Of a DNA stretch of 64,000 bases, positions 47,630 to 61,829 are shown in pieces. Source of the DNA: Pristiophorus japonicus (lineage: Eukaryota); contig NC_091999.1 in NCBI RefSeq assembly GCF_044704955.1, forward strand, positions 36,456,001 through 36,520,000. The letters run 5' to 3'. The notes under the pieces were generated by a model, which was not told the DNA's origin, did no database searches, and was given only the letters and a program-made list of their open reading frames with translations. The position numbers and the translations under genes were made by a program. Position 1 is the stretch's first letter. Every line of letters starts with the position of its first letter.

Positions 47630-48075
47630 GAAATAACTTTCACGACTTTCACATCCTCGGAATGTCCAAAAGCACTTTACAATGAAGTACGTTTGAAGTG
47701 TAGTCACTGTTGTAATGTAGGAAACGTGGAGTCAAATTGCGCACAGCAAGCTCCCGCAAACGTAATGTGATAATAACCACAGAATCTGTTCTTTAGTGAT
47801 GCTGGTTAATGGATAAATATGTGTAATGGACACCGGGTTGAACTCCCCTGCTATTTAAAATAGTGCCATTCAATCTCTAACATCCAACTGTGAGGGGAGA
47901 CTCAGCAGATGTAACGTCTTATCCGAAACACTGCACCACTGTCAATATAGCGCCCCCCCTTCCCCTTCGGTACTGGTACCGGGCGTGCCAGCCGAGATTA
48001 TGTGCTCAGTCTCTGGAGAGGGGTTTGAACGCACAGCCTTCTCAGTCAGAGGCTAGATAGATCCCATTGTACCTG
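47630..48075 (-). mobile_element. Deu-domain SINE inside the duplicated block
   Basis: Similar to the 586-1020 copy. Confidence 0.7.
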
Positions 48076-48454
48076 GGCTTTCGCACATCACAGCTTTATT
48101 TTTTAGATGTTGTCATTTAGTTCAGAGTGTCCAAAGTTCAGTGCCTGAGACGAGTCTTACACAGTCGGTTTAATTCCTGTGGATAATGCTCTTATCTTGC
48201 CTGGGATGATATTCTGGCACTGTTGTAAAGTGGGATTTCCATATCAAATCTTAGGAACTCCGCATCTGGGATGTTCATGAGATGCATCAGTAGAGCAGCT
48301 GGAAACTGGGACGGTGCTCCTTAGATCCGAGAATGTTAAGGGCGATTTAATAGAGGCGATCAAAATTATGAGGAGTTTTAATCGAGTAAATAGTTATGAA
48401 CCATTTCCACTTGTAGGATGTTCAGTAACCACAAGCCAGAGATTTAAAATGTTT

Positions 48455-50580
48455 TACTTCACTAGACCCTGTCTCTGCTGAGATTACACTAGACCCTGTC
48501 CCTGCTTACATCACACTAGACCCTGTCTCTGTGTATATTACACGAGACCCTGTCCCTGTTTACATTACACTAGACCCTGTCTCTGTTTATATTACACGAG
48601 ACCCTGTCTCTCGTTATATTACACTAGGCCCTGTTTCTGTTTATATTACACGAGACCCTGTCTCTCTTTATATTACACTCGACGCTGTCTCTGTTTATAT
48701 TACACTAGACCCAGTCACTGTTTAGAATACACTCGACACTGTCTCTGATTATATTACACTAGACCCTATGTCTCTTTATATTATACTAGACATTGCCTCT
48801 GTTTATTGTAAAGCAGGCCCTGTTTCTGTTTATATTGCACTAGAACATGTCTCTGTTTATATTACACTAGACCCTGTCTCAGTTTATATTACACTAGATC
48901 CTGTCTCTGTTTACATTACACTCGACTCTGTCGCTGTTTATATTAACATAGACCCTGTCTCTGTTTACATTACACTAGACCCTGTCTCAGTTTATATTAC
49001 ACTAGATCCTGTCTCAGTTTATATTGCACGACCCTATCTCTGTTTATATTAAACTAGACCCTGTCATTGTTTATGTTACACTCGTCCATATCTCACTTTA
49101 TATTACACTGGAACCTATCTCTTTATATGTTACACAGGAGCCTATCACTGTTTATCTTGCACTAGACCCAGTCTCTATTTAAATCACTCTGGACGCTGGC
49201 TCAGTTATTAATCTGTTGCAACTTATATCTGCTTATATTTGGCCTTAGATTTCACATGGAATATTATGGACAATTTTGGGCACCACATTTCCATAACGAT
49301 GTACAGACACTAGAAAGGGTACGGAAGAGGTTTAACGTGTTGTTACCAGGGATGAGAGGCTTCAATTAGAGCGTTCAAAAGTTAGAACTTTTCTCCTTGT
49401 AACAGAGAAGTTTAATTAGCGACCTAATAGATGTCTTCAACATGCTAACTTGTTTTTATAATGTAGAGGAGATATAAGGGGACATGTCTTCACCGAGAGG
49501 GTGGTGGGTGTCTGAAACGCACTGCATGAAATATTGATTGAGGCAGGAATCCTCACCATATTTAAACGATACTTGGATGTTCAATTAACGTGTCGTAACC
49601 TACAGGCTACAGAACATGAGCTCGAAAGTGGAATTAGGCAGGATAGCTCTTGGTCGGCTGGCGCTGTACAAAGGACTGAAATGGCTTCCTTCCGTACTGT
49701 AAATTTCTAAGATTCTATGATATAGTGTATCGGCTCTCACTAAGCAGAGGTCCTATATTTAAAAGCATTAGCAGGAGAAGAGCAGAATTTGTTTTCACTC
49801 AGAGCCAGCAGAGGCGTGATGGAACGAATGGCTTTCTTTATGCCATAATTGTCTGTGACACTATGAAATCACAGCAGATTGTTTCTCAGTTATTACTCCA
49901 CTACACTATGTCTCTGTTTATATTACACTAGACCCTGTCACTATTAATATTACATTAGCCCTCTCTCTGTTTATATCACACTCGATACTGTCACTGTTTA
50001 TATTGCACCAGACGCTGGTTCTGTTTATATTGCACTATACCCTATCTCTGTTTATATTACACTAGACCCTGTCTCTGCTTATTCTACACTAGACCCTCTC
50101 TCTGTATATAATATACTAGACCCTAACTCTATTTATATATCATGTCTCTGTATACATTACATTATACCCTATCTCTGTTTATATTACACTAGACCGTGTC
50201 TCTATTTATATCAGACTAGACCATGTCTCTGTTTATATTACACTAGACCGTGTCTCTATTTATATCAGGCTAGACCATGTCTCTGTTTATATTATCCTAA
50301 ACCATGTCTCGTTATATATTACACTAGACCCTGTCTCTATTTATATTACACTAGACTCTGTATCTGTTATATTAGACGAGACCATCTGTCTTTATATATT
50401 ACACGAGACCCTGTCTCTGTTTATTATACACCAGATCCTGTCTGTGTTTATATTGCACTAGATCCTGTCTCGGTTTATATTACCCCTGACCCTGTTTCTG
50501 TTTATATTACACGAGACATTGTCACCGTTTAATTTACCCAATACGCTATCTCTGTTTTAATTACACGAGATCCTGTCCCG
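48455..50580 (+). repeat. 27-bp satellite arrays interrupted by a CR1 fragment (~49260-49720)
   Basis: VYITLDPVS repeats; CR1 C-terminal remnant in the middle. Confidence 0.9.
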
Positions 50581-52000
50581 ATTTTATAAAGGAGAAAGGC
50601 AAAAATTGGAAACTATAGACAAGTTAGCCTAACATCTGTCGTTGGGAAAATGCTGGACTCCATTATTAAGGAAGCAGTAGCGGGATATTTGGATATGCAT
50701 AATTAAATCAAGCAAAGGTTTTATTAAAAAGAACTCATGTTTGACAAATTTGCTTGTGTTTGTTGAGGATGTAACGATCAGGGTGGATAATGGAGAACCA
50801 GTGGATGTGGTATATGTGGATTTCCAATCGATTAGGTGCCACACAAAAGGTCCCTGCACAAGATAAAAGTTCACGGGGTTGGGGCTAATGTATTAGCATG
50901 GATAGAGCTTTGGCTAACTGACAGAAAACAGAGAGTCGGGATAAATGTGTCATTTTCCGGTTGGCAAACAGTGACTAGTGTGGTGCCGCAAGGATCGGTG
51001 CTGTGTCCTCAAATTTTACAATCTATGTTAATGACATGGATGAAGGGACAGCGTGTAATGTAGCCAAGTTTGCTGATGATAAAAAGATTGACAGAAAGCA
51101 AATTGTGAGGAGGACACAAAATAGCTGCAAAGGGACATAGACAGGCTAAATGAGTGTGCAAAAATTTGGCAGATGGAGTATAATGTGGGAAAATGTGAGG
51201 TTATCCACTTTGGCAGAAAAAGTAGAAAAGCAAATTTGAATTTAAATGGAGAAAAATTGCAAAGTGCTGCAAGACAGAGAGACCTGTATGTCCTTGTGCA
51301 TGAAACACAAAAAGTTAGTTTGCAGGTGCTACAATTAATCAGGAAGGCAAATGGAATTCTTGCCTTTATTGCAAGGGGGAAAAAGTATAAAAGCAAAGAA
51401 GGCTCGTACGTGGTATTGGTGAGGCCACACCTGGTGCACTGCGTACATTTTTGGTCTCCATATTTAAGAAAGGATATACGTGCATTGGAGGCTGTTGAGA
51501 GAAGGCTCACTAAGTTGATTCCGGACATGAGGGGGATGAATTATGAAGATAAGTTGACTATATTGGACCTATACGTATTGGGGTTAAGAACAATGAGAGG
51601 GGATCTTATCGAAATGTATAAGGTAATGTGGGGCTCGCAAGGTGGATGTCGAGAGTATATTTGCACTCATCAGGGAAAATAAAACTTGGGGACATAGTCC
51701 TAGAATAAGGAGCTGCCCATTTTAAACTGAGATGAGGAGGAATTTCTTCCCTCAGAGGATTGTAAATCTGTGGAATTCGCTGTCCTAGCGAGCTGTGGAG
51801 GCCGGGTCATTGAATACATTTAAGGCGGAGATACACATATTTTTGAGCGATAAGGGAATGAATGGTTATGGGAGCGGGCAGGGAAATAGAGCTCAGTCTA
51901 TGATCAGATCAGCTATGATGTCGTTAAATGATGGAGCAGGCTCGAAGGGCCAGCTAGCCTGAACCTGCTCCTATTTCTTATGTGCTTATGTTCCTACGAT
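50580..52000 (+). mobile_element. 5'-truncated CR1 LINE (RT to 3' tail), decayed
   Basis: NYRQVSLTSVVGK, VPQGSVL and 'KCEVIHFG...RPHLVHCVHFWSP' motifs; tail 'ttcttatgtgcttatgttc'. Confidence 0.9.
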
Positions 52001-52269
52001 TCTATGAAAATGTTTATACTGGCAGGAGGGCCATTATCTAGAGGGCACAGCTATTACTGCACAAGACCATGTATCAGTTAATATTACACTAGGCACTGTC
52101 TCTGTTTATATTGCATGAGGCCATATCTCTCCTTATATTATACTAGATCCTCTCTCGGTTTAAGTTATTTTGACCTGCCTCTGTTTCTATTAAACTCGAT
52201 CCTGTCTCTGTTTATCTTGCAGTAGATCCTGTCTCTGCTTATATTACACCATGTCTCTGTTTATATTAC

Positions 52270-54006
52270 ATGGGGCCCTTCACAGTGGAAGACACAAAAG
52301 TCACAGTGGAAGACACAAAAACCATCCCAAAAATTGCTGGTCACGGGAATGTGGGAAGGGAGGACCTTGAGACAATCACTATCATGAGGGGAGTAGTGCT
52401 GGACAGGCTAATGGATCTCAAGGTAGACAAGTCCACTGGTCCTGATGAAATACATCCCAGGGTATTAAAAGAGATGGCGGATGTTATAGCAGATGCATTC
52501 GTTAAAATCTACCAAAATTCTCTGGACTATGGGGAGGTACCATCGGATTTGAAAGCAGCTAATGTAACGCTTCTGTTTTAAAAAGGGGGCAGACAAAAGG
52601 CAGGTAACTATAGGCCGGTTAGTTTAACATCTGTAGTGGGGAAAATGCTTGAAGCTAACATTAAGGAAGAAATAGCGGGACATCTAGATAGGAATAGTGC
52701 AATCAAGCAGACGCAATATGGATTCAGGAAGAGGAAATGAAGTTTAACTAATTTACTGGAATTCTTTGAGGATATAACGAGCATGGTGGATAGAGGTGTA
52801 CCGATGGATGTGGTGTATTTACATTTCCAAAAGGCATTCGATAAGGTACCACACAAAAGGTTACTGCAGAATATAATGGTAGACAGAGTCAGAGGAAATG
52901 TATTTGCATGGATTGAGAATTGGCTGGCTGGCAGAAAGCAGAGAGTCGGGATAAATGGATCCTTTTTGGGTTGGAAATCGATGGTTAGTGTTGTGCCACA
53001 GGATCGGTGCTGCGACAACAACTGTGTACAATATACATAGATGACCTGAAAAAGGGGACAGACTGTAGTGTAACAACATTTGCAGATGACACAAAGATTA
53101 GTAGGAAAGCGGGTTGTGTATAGGACACAGAGATGCTGCAAAGAGATTTAGATAGGTTAAGCGAATGGGCTCAGGTTTGGCAGATGGATTACAATGTCGG
53201 AAAATGTGAGGTCATCCACCTTGAAAAAAAAACAGTAAAAGGGAATATTATTTGAAAGGGGAGAAATTACAACATGCTGCGGTGCAGAGGGACCTGGGGG
53301 TCCTTGTGCATGAATCCCAAAAAGTTAGTTTGCATTTGCAGTAGCATTCAGGAAGGCGAATGGAATGTTGGCCTTCATTGCGAGAGGGATGGAGTACAAA
53401 AGCAGGGAGGTCCTGCTGAAACTTAACAGGGTATTGGTGAGGCCGCACCTGGAGTACTGCATGCAGTTTTGGTCACCTTACTTAAGGAAGGATATACTAG
53501 CTTTGGAGGGTTACAGAGACGATTCACTAGGCTGATTCCGGAGATGAGGGGGTTACCTTATGAAGATAGATTGAGTAGACTGCGTCTTTACTCATTGGAG
53601 TTCAGAAGGATGAGTGGTGATCTTATAGAAACATTTAAAATAATGAAAGTGATAGACAAGATAGAGGCAGAGAGGTTGTTTCCACTGGTCGGGGGGACCA
53701 GAACTAGGGGGCACAGCCTCAAAATACAGGGGAGCCAATTTCAAACCGAGTTGAGAAGGAATTTCTTCTGCCAGAGGGTTGTGAATCTGTGGAATTCTCT
53801 ACCCAGGGAAGCAGTTGAGGCTAGCTCATTGAATGTATACAAGTCACAGATAGATTTTTAACCAATAAGGGAATTAATGGTTATGGGGAGCGGGCGGGTA
53901 AGTGGAGCTGAGTCCACGGCCAAATCAGCCATGATCTTGTTGAGTGGCTGAGCAGGCTCGAGGGGCTTTATGGCCTACTCCTGTTCCTAATTCTTATGTT
54001 CTTATG
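52270..54006 (+). mobile_element. 5'-truncated CR1 LINE inserted in the 27-bp satellite
   Basis: KSTGPDEIHPRVLKE, FQKAFDKVPH and FTRLIPEMRG motifs; tail 'ttcttatgttcttatg'; the satellite resumes in register. Confidence 0.92.
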
Positions 54007-55250
54007 AACACTACACCCTGTCTCTGTTTATGTTACACTAGGCCCTGTCTCTGTTTACAGTACACTCGACCATGTCCTTGTTCATATTACACTCGAATCT
54101 GTCTCTGCTTATATTAAATTAGACCCTGTCTTTGGTTAAAGGCCTCTAGGCCCTGACTCAGTTATCATTCTGCTAAACCATGTTTCCCTTTACATTACAT
54201 TCAATGGTATCTCTGTCTATATAAAGTACGGCCCTGTCTTATTTATTCCTGCACTAGATCCTGCCTTTTTTTATATATTACTCTAGCCCATGTCTCTGTT
54301 TATATTACATTAGACCCTGTCTATGTTTATATATTAGACTAGACCTGTCTCTATTTATATTACAATAGGCCCTGCCTATATTTATATTACACAGACCCTG
54401 TCTCTGTTTATATTGCACTCGACCCTCTTGCTGTTTAAATTACAGTGGACGTTGTCACTGTTTATATCATACCAGACGCTGTTACTGTTTATATTGCACT
54501 AGATCCTGTCCCCATCTAAAAAAGCAGTAAACTATAGGCGAGTTTGTCTAAAATCTGTCGTTGGGAAAATGCTGGAGTCTAAGTATCAGTACCGGGACAA
54601 TTACAAAAGCATAATTCAATCAGACAGTGTCTGCATGGTTTTATGAAAGGGAAATCATGTTTGACAAATTTGATGGATTTCTTTAAGTAAGGATGCAACG
54701 CGCAGGGTGGATGAAGTAGATTGGTAGATTGGCCCTGTCTCTGTTTATATTACACTAGACCACGTCTCTGTTTATATTACACGAGACCCTGTCCCTGTTT
54801 ATATTACACTCGACCCTGTTGCTGTTTAAATTACACTAGGCCATGTATCTGTTTATATTACACTCGATCCTGTCTCGGTTTATAATACAATAGACCCTGT
54901 CTCAGTTTATATTACAGTAGACCCTGTCTCAGTTTATTTTGCACTAGACCCTGTCCCTGTTTACGTTATGTTAGGCCTGTCTCTCTTTATGTTCTACTAG
55001 ACCTTGTCTATTTTCATATTACACTAGACCCTGTCTTTGTTTAAATTACACTAGACCCCGGCCCTGTTTATATTGCACTCGACCCTGTCTCTGTTTATAT
55101 CACTCAAGGCCCTGTCCCTGTTTATATTACACTAGACCCTGCTGCTGTTTACATTAAACTAGGCTCTGTCCCTGCTTATATTATATTATACCTTGTCTCT
55201 CTTTATATTGCACTAGACCCTGTCTATGTAATATTACACTAGACTCTGTG
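54007..55250 (+). repeat. 27-bp satellite arrays with a short CR1 remnant (~54510-54720)
   Basis: Same 27-bp unit. Confidence 0.9.
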
Positions 55251-56239
55251 AGGATGCAATACTTTTTTTGGTTTGAAGTATATGTTTAGTTTTGTTAACA
55301 GCTATCAAGAGCTGTCTGCAATTTCTGCTTGATTTGGTATTGTTTCGTTAATATTTGTGTTGAGAAGATGTGGTGAATTTTGTAACAATGTCCAAGAGGT
55401 GGACTGGGATTGAGGGACAGGAGTGAATGTGTGCAATAGTGCACTGCACTTTGTACTACTTAGTGGCAATCTGTGTGTTAAAGGTTACTAATTTGCACGT
55501 GTGTTGTCCTGTGCCAATTACTCCAAGTTCTTTAATGTTAAGGATTGTTTTTCCTGCAGTATTTGCTAGTTCGCTGTCACGTGACCCACTGATTATGTCA
55601 GATAGAGCCTGGAAACTTGACCGAACAACACCGCCGGATGGGCGGCCGCGTGGTCCTAATATCCACCTGAAAAAATGTTCTCATCTCGTTAAGATGAACA
55701 ACTGAAAAGAGCACACACGAAGTTTTTCCGATATGTGTATGTGTATGTGTATGTGTGTGTGTACAAAACACATCATTCATTATGTGTGCATTAAACAAAG
55801 ATAAATGATTAGCTTCAACCATTATTTTTAAGCATTTTATTGTATTCAAAATGCAATTGCATGTCGTTTAATAACTTTAAAATTTATTGATAACCCATTG
55901 TCCTGTATGCTCTTGTATAGGAAGTGATGTCGCACTGACCATTCCGTTACCAAGGTGAGCATGTCTGTCGTTGTATTCAGTGGGAAAGGCGATTGAATCC
56001 CACCGAGTATAATCAGCAGCCCCCCGCTTTATTGTCTAGTGATAAACTCACCGTCACACAGAAGTTCCTGAGATTTATCTCCACTGTGGATGATTAGTGT
56101 AAGTGTTGGTAAAAATGAAAATGCACCTGTACCTGACATGAGGTTAATAAATCTGTAATTGTCTGATGTGTTGTTTCTCTCGTTACACCAGACCCCGTCG
56201 CAGTTTTTACTGCACCAATACCCAGTCTCAGTTTATATG

Positions 56240-57345
56240 GTTGATGTGGTCCACTTCCAAAAGGCGTTAGATAAAGTGTCTTGATAATATCCTTGCCGGC
56301 AAAGTTGAAGCCCATAAAAGAAAAAGAACAGTGGCAGCATGGATATGAAATTGGCTGAGTGACAGAAATCAGAGAGTAGTGTTTTTATTTGGACTGGAGG
56401 AAGGTATACAGTGGTGTTCCGCAGCGGTAGGTAATTGGAACTCTGCTTATCTTGATTTATATTCATGGCGTAGATGTTGGTGTACGGGGCACAATTTAAA
56501 ATGTTCATATCATTCATGGCTTGGAAGCATAGTGAACAGTGAGGAGGATAGTGCTGACTGCAAGAGGACATAGATATTCTGGTGGAATGGGTGGACACGT
56601 GGCAAATGAAACGGAGAACATTTTCAAGTGATACATTTTTGTAGCATGAACGCGGAGAGGGAAAATAAACGAAAGAGTAGAATTCTAAAAGGTGTGATGA
56701 ACAGAGAAACCTGGGGGTATGTTTGCACAAATTATCGAAGATGGCAGGAAAGGTTGAGAAATTGTTTTAAAAGCATACGGAATCCTGGGCTTCATAAATA
56801 GAGTCATAGAATACAAAAGGAAGGAAATTATGATGAACATGTATAAAACATTGGTTAGGCCTCAACTGGAGTATTGTGTCCAATTCTGGACACCACACGT
56901 TAGCAAGGATGTGAAGCTCTTCCAGAGGGGGCAGAAAGGATTTACGTGTTGTTCCAGGGATAAGACACTTCAGTTTTGTGGATAGACTGGAGAAGCTGGG
57001 ATTGTTTGCCCTAGAGCAGAGAAGTTTGAGATCAGATTTGAGAGAGGTGTTCAGAATCATAAGGGGTCGAGACAGAGTAGCTGGAGAGAAACTGTTCCCA
57101 TGAGGAAAACGTTTTTACACAGCTAGAGGTTAGGATCTGTAATGCACTGCCTGAAAGGATGGAAGAGGCTGAGTCATTCATGGCATTACAAAGGGAATTC
57201 GATAAGTACCTCAATTAAGAAAATTCACAGGGCTTTTGGGAAAGGGCGGGCGAGTGGACTAGCTGAAATACTCTTGCAGAGAGCGGCACGGGCTATATGG
57301 GCCAACTGGCCCTCTTCTGTGCTGTAACCATTCTATGATTCTATA
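56240..57345 (+). mobile_element. Decayed CR1 LINE
   Basis: 'ttccaaaaggcgttagataaagtg', 'RPQLEYCVQFW' and tail 'ttctatgattcta'. Confidence 0.85.
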
Positions 57346-57409
57346 ATACACCAGAACCTGTCTCAGTTATTATTACACTAGACCCTATTCCTGTTTATAT
57401 TACTCAATT

Positions 57410-57805
57410 CACCACGTTAAATATTCACTACCTCCACCACCGGCGCACTATGTCTGCAGTGAGTACTATCTACAAGATGCATTGCAGCAACTCGCCAAGA
57501 CTTCTTCGACAGCACTTTCCAAACCTACGACCTCTTCCACCTAGAAGGACAAGGGCTCCGGGCTCATGGGAGCACCATACCCTCCACATAACCCTCCAAA
57601 TCACACACCATCTTAACTTGGAAAGTTATTACCGATCCTTCATAATCGCTGGGTCAATTTCGTGGAACACCCTCCCTAACACTGTGGGAGTACCTTCACC
57701 ACACGGGCTGCAGCCGTTCAAGATGGCAGTTCACCACCTGCTTTTCAAAGCCAATTAGGGATAGACAATCAATGTTGGCCTTGCCAGCGACACCCACACG
57801 CACAT
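57410..57805 (+). mobile_element. 3' fragment of a second non-LTR retrotransposon family
   Basis: 'STIYKMHCSNSPRLLRQHFPNLRPLPPRRTRA...SWNTLPN' resembles a LINE ORF2 C-terminus distinct from the other CR1 copies. Confidence 0.6.
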
Positions 57806-59109
57806 GCCAGCAACCAATAAACAATGTCCCAGTATCAGTACTTACTGCACGAGCCACTACTTCAGTTATTACTGCACTAGAAACACTAATATTGTATTAG
57901 GCCCTGTTTCAGATATTACTGGAGTATGCCATGCCTTTGTTCCTATTACTGAAGACCCTGTCTCTGCTTATAGTAAATTAGACAAATACACTCTTTATAT
58001 TACACGAGCCCAATTCTTTCATAATAATAAACTAGACCATGCCTCTGTTTATATTAAACTAGACCCTGTCTCAGTTATTACTACACTAAGCTATGTAACT
58101 TGCAGGGCAGGTACAGCATGTGTCAGATACAGAGTAAAGCTGTCTCTACACTGTCCCATCAAAAACGCCCAGAGCTGGGAAAGCACGGGTTAGATACTGT
58201 TTAAAGATCCCTCCACATTGTCCCATCAAAAACTGCCAGATAATTAAATGCACATGTCACATTTTAGATTAAAGCTCCTTCTGCGTTTCTGATCAATTTG
58301 GTTCGAGGCATATGATTAGGGCTCAAGGAAAACGTTTGTTGGATGTTGACATCTCGTTGTGGGGGAAAGCCAATTATCCATTCTTGAGAGACAAGACGGA
58401 AAGTGGAAATAGGAGAGGGAGAGGATACAGGAAGTCTCCACTGACACATTTGTGATGTCACTATATACGGTGATTAGAATCTTTCCCCTTTCTGTCTGTG
58501 GGGATCATCTTTACTTTATTCACCTATAATTTAGAGAAATGTACCAAAAACAGTTGTTGTTGGAATCTGTTGAGAGATTTGCATTTCTCCCTATCTTTAT
58601 TTCTCTGCTGTGTTGATGGGGAAACATTTATTGTCTTTCTGTCGCTCAATACTCTAATCTGAGACTGCTATTTCTGTGTTTATTTACATAAACGCCTCAC
58701 TGGTTCCGATGAAATATTCATGGCAGCAAAATAAGATCAACAGACTCACTTATTGATTCTTTTCAACTCACAACAAGGGCTTATTTTAAGAATATTGACA
58801 GTTGGTACACAAAAATATACATATCTCGAACAGTGACGTTGGCTTTAGTTTTGTTCAATTAGAACAGATGTGATTTATATCAAAGGAAATAAATTTAAAA
58901 ATGAATAATTCAGTTCTGAAAGTTCTGCTGCCAAACTCAGTGGAACATCTCTGAACAGGCTGCTATTCCACTGGATCTCCATTTAGTGGAATACTTAATC
59001 CATTGAAACTTAATAGGTTAAAGCAGTGAGCAGAGGAGTGTCGGCCAATCACAGTAATATCTGAGCTTTTCACATATCACAACATGTATTTTCCAATGTT
59101 GACATTTAG

Positions 59110-59565
59110 AAACACCTTGCATTTATATAGCACCTTTAATGACCTCAAGTTGTCCCAAAGTGCTTTACAGCCAATGAATTATTTCGGAAGTGTGGTCACC
59201 GTTGTAATGTAGGAAACGTGGCAGCCAATTTGTGCACAGCAAGATCCCATAAACAGCAATGGAATAATGATCAGGTAATCAATTTTTCAGATGTTGGTTG
59301 AGGGATAAATGTTTCTGCTAGAAACCCTGGAGAACTCCTCTGCTCTTTAACATTGTGCCATGAGTCCTTTAAATCCACCTGAGTGGGAAGACGGGGCCTC
59401 AGTTTAATATCTGCCACGAAAGACAGCACCTCTGATCATGCAGCACTCCCAAAGTACTGACATCAGGCGTGTCGGTTTAGATTATGGGCTCAGATGTCTC
59501 GAGCGGGGTTTAGTATCTGTGTCCTTCTGAGTCAGAGGCGAGAGAGATCCCGCTGAGCCGAGGCT
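59110..59565 (-). mobile_element. Deu-domain SINE, paralogous to 47630-48075
   Basis: Starts 'cttgcatttatatagcacct'; Deu core present. Confidence 0.72.
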
Positions 59566-59929
59566 TGAACATATCACCGCTTGTATTTTAAAATGCTGCC
59601 ATTCAGCTCATCATGTCTGAGGTTCAAGGTCTGAGCCCAGTCTTACACCGCTCCATTTATCATCAGGCGCGAGTTCTCTTATCTTGCCTGAGATGTCATT
59701 ACCACACTGTGATTTCCACTGGGTCCGTAAACAAGTGTCAGTGATTCCTCAGCGAACATTTGAAGTGCTCGAGGCAGAAGGACCCACGGAACTTGATATT
59801 TACATTGTGTGAGCTGCACCATCAGAGCAGCTGGAAGCTGGAACTGTTCTCCTTAGAGCCGAGCAAGTTCTGGGCCACTTAATAGAGCTGTTCAAAATCA
59901 TGAAAAGTTTTGATCGGGTAAATTGGAAG

Positions 59930-60255
59930 ATACACCATCATTCCCTCCGACCATCCCTCCCATCCTCCACCCGTCTCTCCTTCCCTCCATCCCTTCATCC
60001 CTCCCTCTCTCTCTCCCGCCCAGCCGCCATACCTGCCTCCATCAATCGCTCCCTCCCTGGACCCACCTCTCCCTCCCTCCAGCCGGACTCCACCCGTCTA
60101 ATACACTACACCTCCCTTGCTCCACTCCTCCCTTCCTCCATCGCCCCCTCGATCAATTGCTCACTCCGTGCACCCATTCCTACCTCCGTCCATCCCGCCA
60201 CCCCTCCACCTCTCCATCCATCCCTTGTTCCATTCCTAACTCCCTCCCTCCCTCT
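59930..60255. repeat. C/T-rich low-complexity tract
   Basis: (CCT/CCCT/CCAT)-like composition. Confidence 0.85.
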
Positions 60256-60699
60256 GTCAGCCCAAACGTGTCTTTTTTCCCCTTTGCAGTGTTTCTGCTT
60301 CCATTGATGAGGATTCCTCAGCTGGAATTTTCTGCAGCCAATTCCTTCACTGGGCTTTCATATATATTAACAAATGAGAGAGAGAGCAATGGCAATTATA
60401 TATATATTTAACCCCCCTACCCCCACCTAAAAAAGCTGACAGGAATTAAAATGTTGACCTTTCCGGAGAGGGAGTTGGTTGGTGAACTGTCACAGGGTAG
60501 AAATTCTAGTTGGCACAGTCAGGATATTTTTCCTGTTTATAAAAAAAAGTAAGCGTAACAATTTTAAAAATTGTTTTAAGTCATCGGTCGACTTTCAGCT
60601 GCTGTTTTTTCCTTCCCTTTCTCGCTGTTGTGGACAGGCCAGTGCCCGCCTGGAGTTCGCTGTCAATGTGTGTACGGGACAGTAGGACGTAAGCTCTCG

Positions 60700-61230
60700 C
60701 TGCGCGGACAGAGTTGGAGAAGCTGGGGCTGTTCTCCTTACAGCAGAGAAGGCTGAGGGGAGATTTACCAGAATAGTACCAAGGATGAATGATGAGAAAC
60801 ACTAGTTCTGCCCCAGCTGGAGTATTTTGTCCAATTCTGGGCACCACATTGTAGGAAGGACGTGAAGTCTTTCCAGAGGGTGCAGAATAAATTTACTGGA
60901 AAATCATCAGGTATGGGGGTTACAATTATGTGGAGAGACTTGCGAAGCTGGGGTTGCTCCCCTTAGAGCAGAGAAGGTTAAAATAAGATTTAGTAGATTG
61001 GTACCTAGATGAGGGATTTCAGTTAATGTGGAGAGACCGGAGAAGATGGGTTTGTCCTTCGAGTAGAAAAGGTTAAGAGGAGATTTAGTAGATTAGTGTC
61101 TGGCATGTGATACTTCAGTTAACGTGGAGTTGAGGTCAGAGACCAGCCATGCTCTTATTAAAATGTGGAGCAGGCTTGAGGGGCCGAATGGCCTACTCTT
61201 GCTCCGAATTGTTATTTTCTTTTGTTCTTA
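60700..61230 (+). mobile_element. Rearranged CR1 3' fragments
   Basis: Three successive 'LEKLGLFSLEQRRLRGDL'-type pieces plus a 3' tail. Confidence 0.7.
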
Positions 61231-61239
61231 AAAAGGGAC

Positions 61240-61812
61240 AGTGTGTATAACTCAGACAGGGCCGAGTGTAATATGAATCAGGTCCTGAGTTATGTAAACA
61301 GAGAAAAGATCTGTTTCAGTAATAAGTTATATAGGGACGTATTTAACATAAACAAAAATATGCTAAGATATAATTTAAATAAAATTTGTTCTGGTGCAGG
61401 AATAACTGAGAATGGGTCATGTGTAATATAAACATGGATATGGTCGAGTATAATATAAACTGAGGCTAGCTTGAGTACACTATTAAATTTGAAAGCGGCA
61501 TCCTGCTTCAGTTATACTGATCTAGACAATGTCTCTGTTTAAAGTACAGTAGGACATGTCTTGGTTTTTGCTGCAATCGACCTTGTCTCTCTTTATATTA
61601 CACTAGACACTGTCTCTGTTTAAATTACACTAGACCCTGTCTCTGTTTATATTGCACTAGACAATGTCTCTGTTTACATTACACTAGACAATGTCTCAGT
61701 TTAAATTGCACTATACAATGTCTCTGTTTATTTTACATTAGACAATGTCGCTGTTTACATTACACTAGCCAATGTCTCCGTTAATATTACACTTGACAAT
61801 GTCCCTGTCTAT
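61240..61812. repeat. 27-bp satellite: degenerate reverse units (~61240-61480), then forward units (~61510-61812)
   Basis: 'gagtgtaatat...taaacagaga' followed by 'tattacactagacactgtctctgtt'. Confidence 0.75.
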
Positions 61813-61829
61813 TTTGAATGAAGAGAGTA

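Noticed and set aside
44070-55250. CRISPR-like array (27-bp periodic repeats)
   Set aside because: Head-to-tail satellite with no unique spacers, no cas genes, and a vertebrate context.
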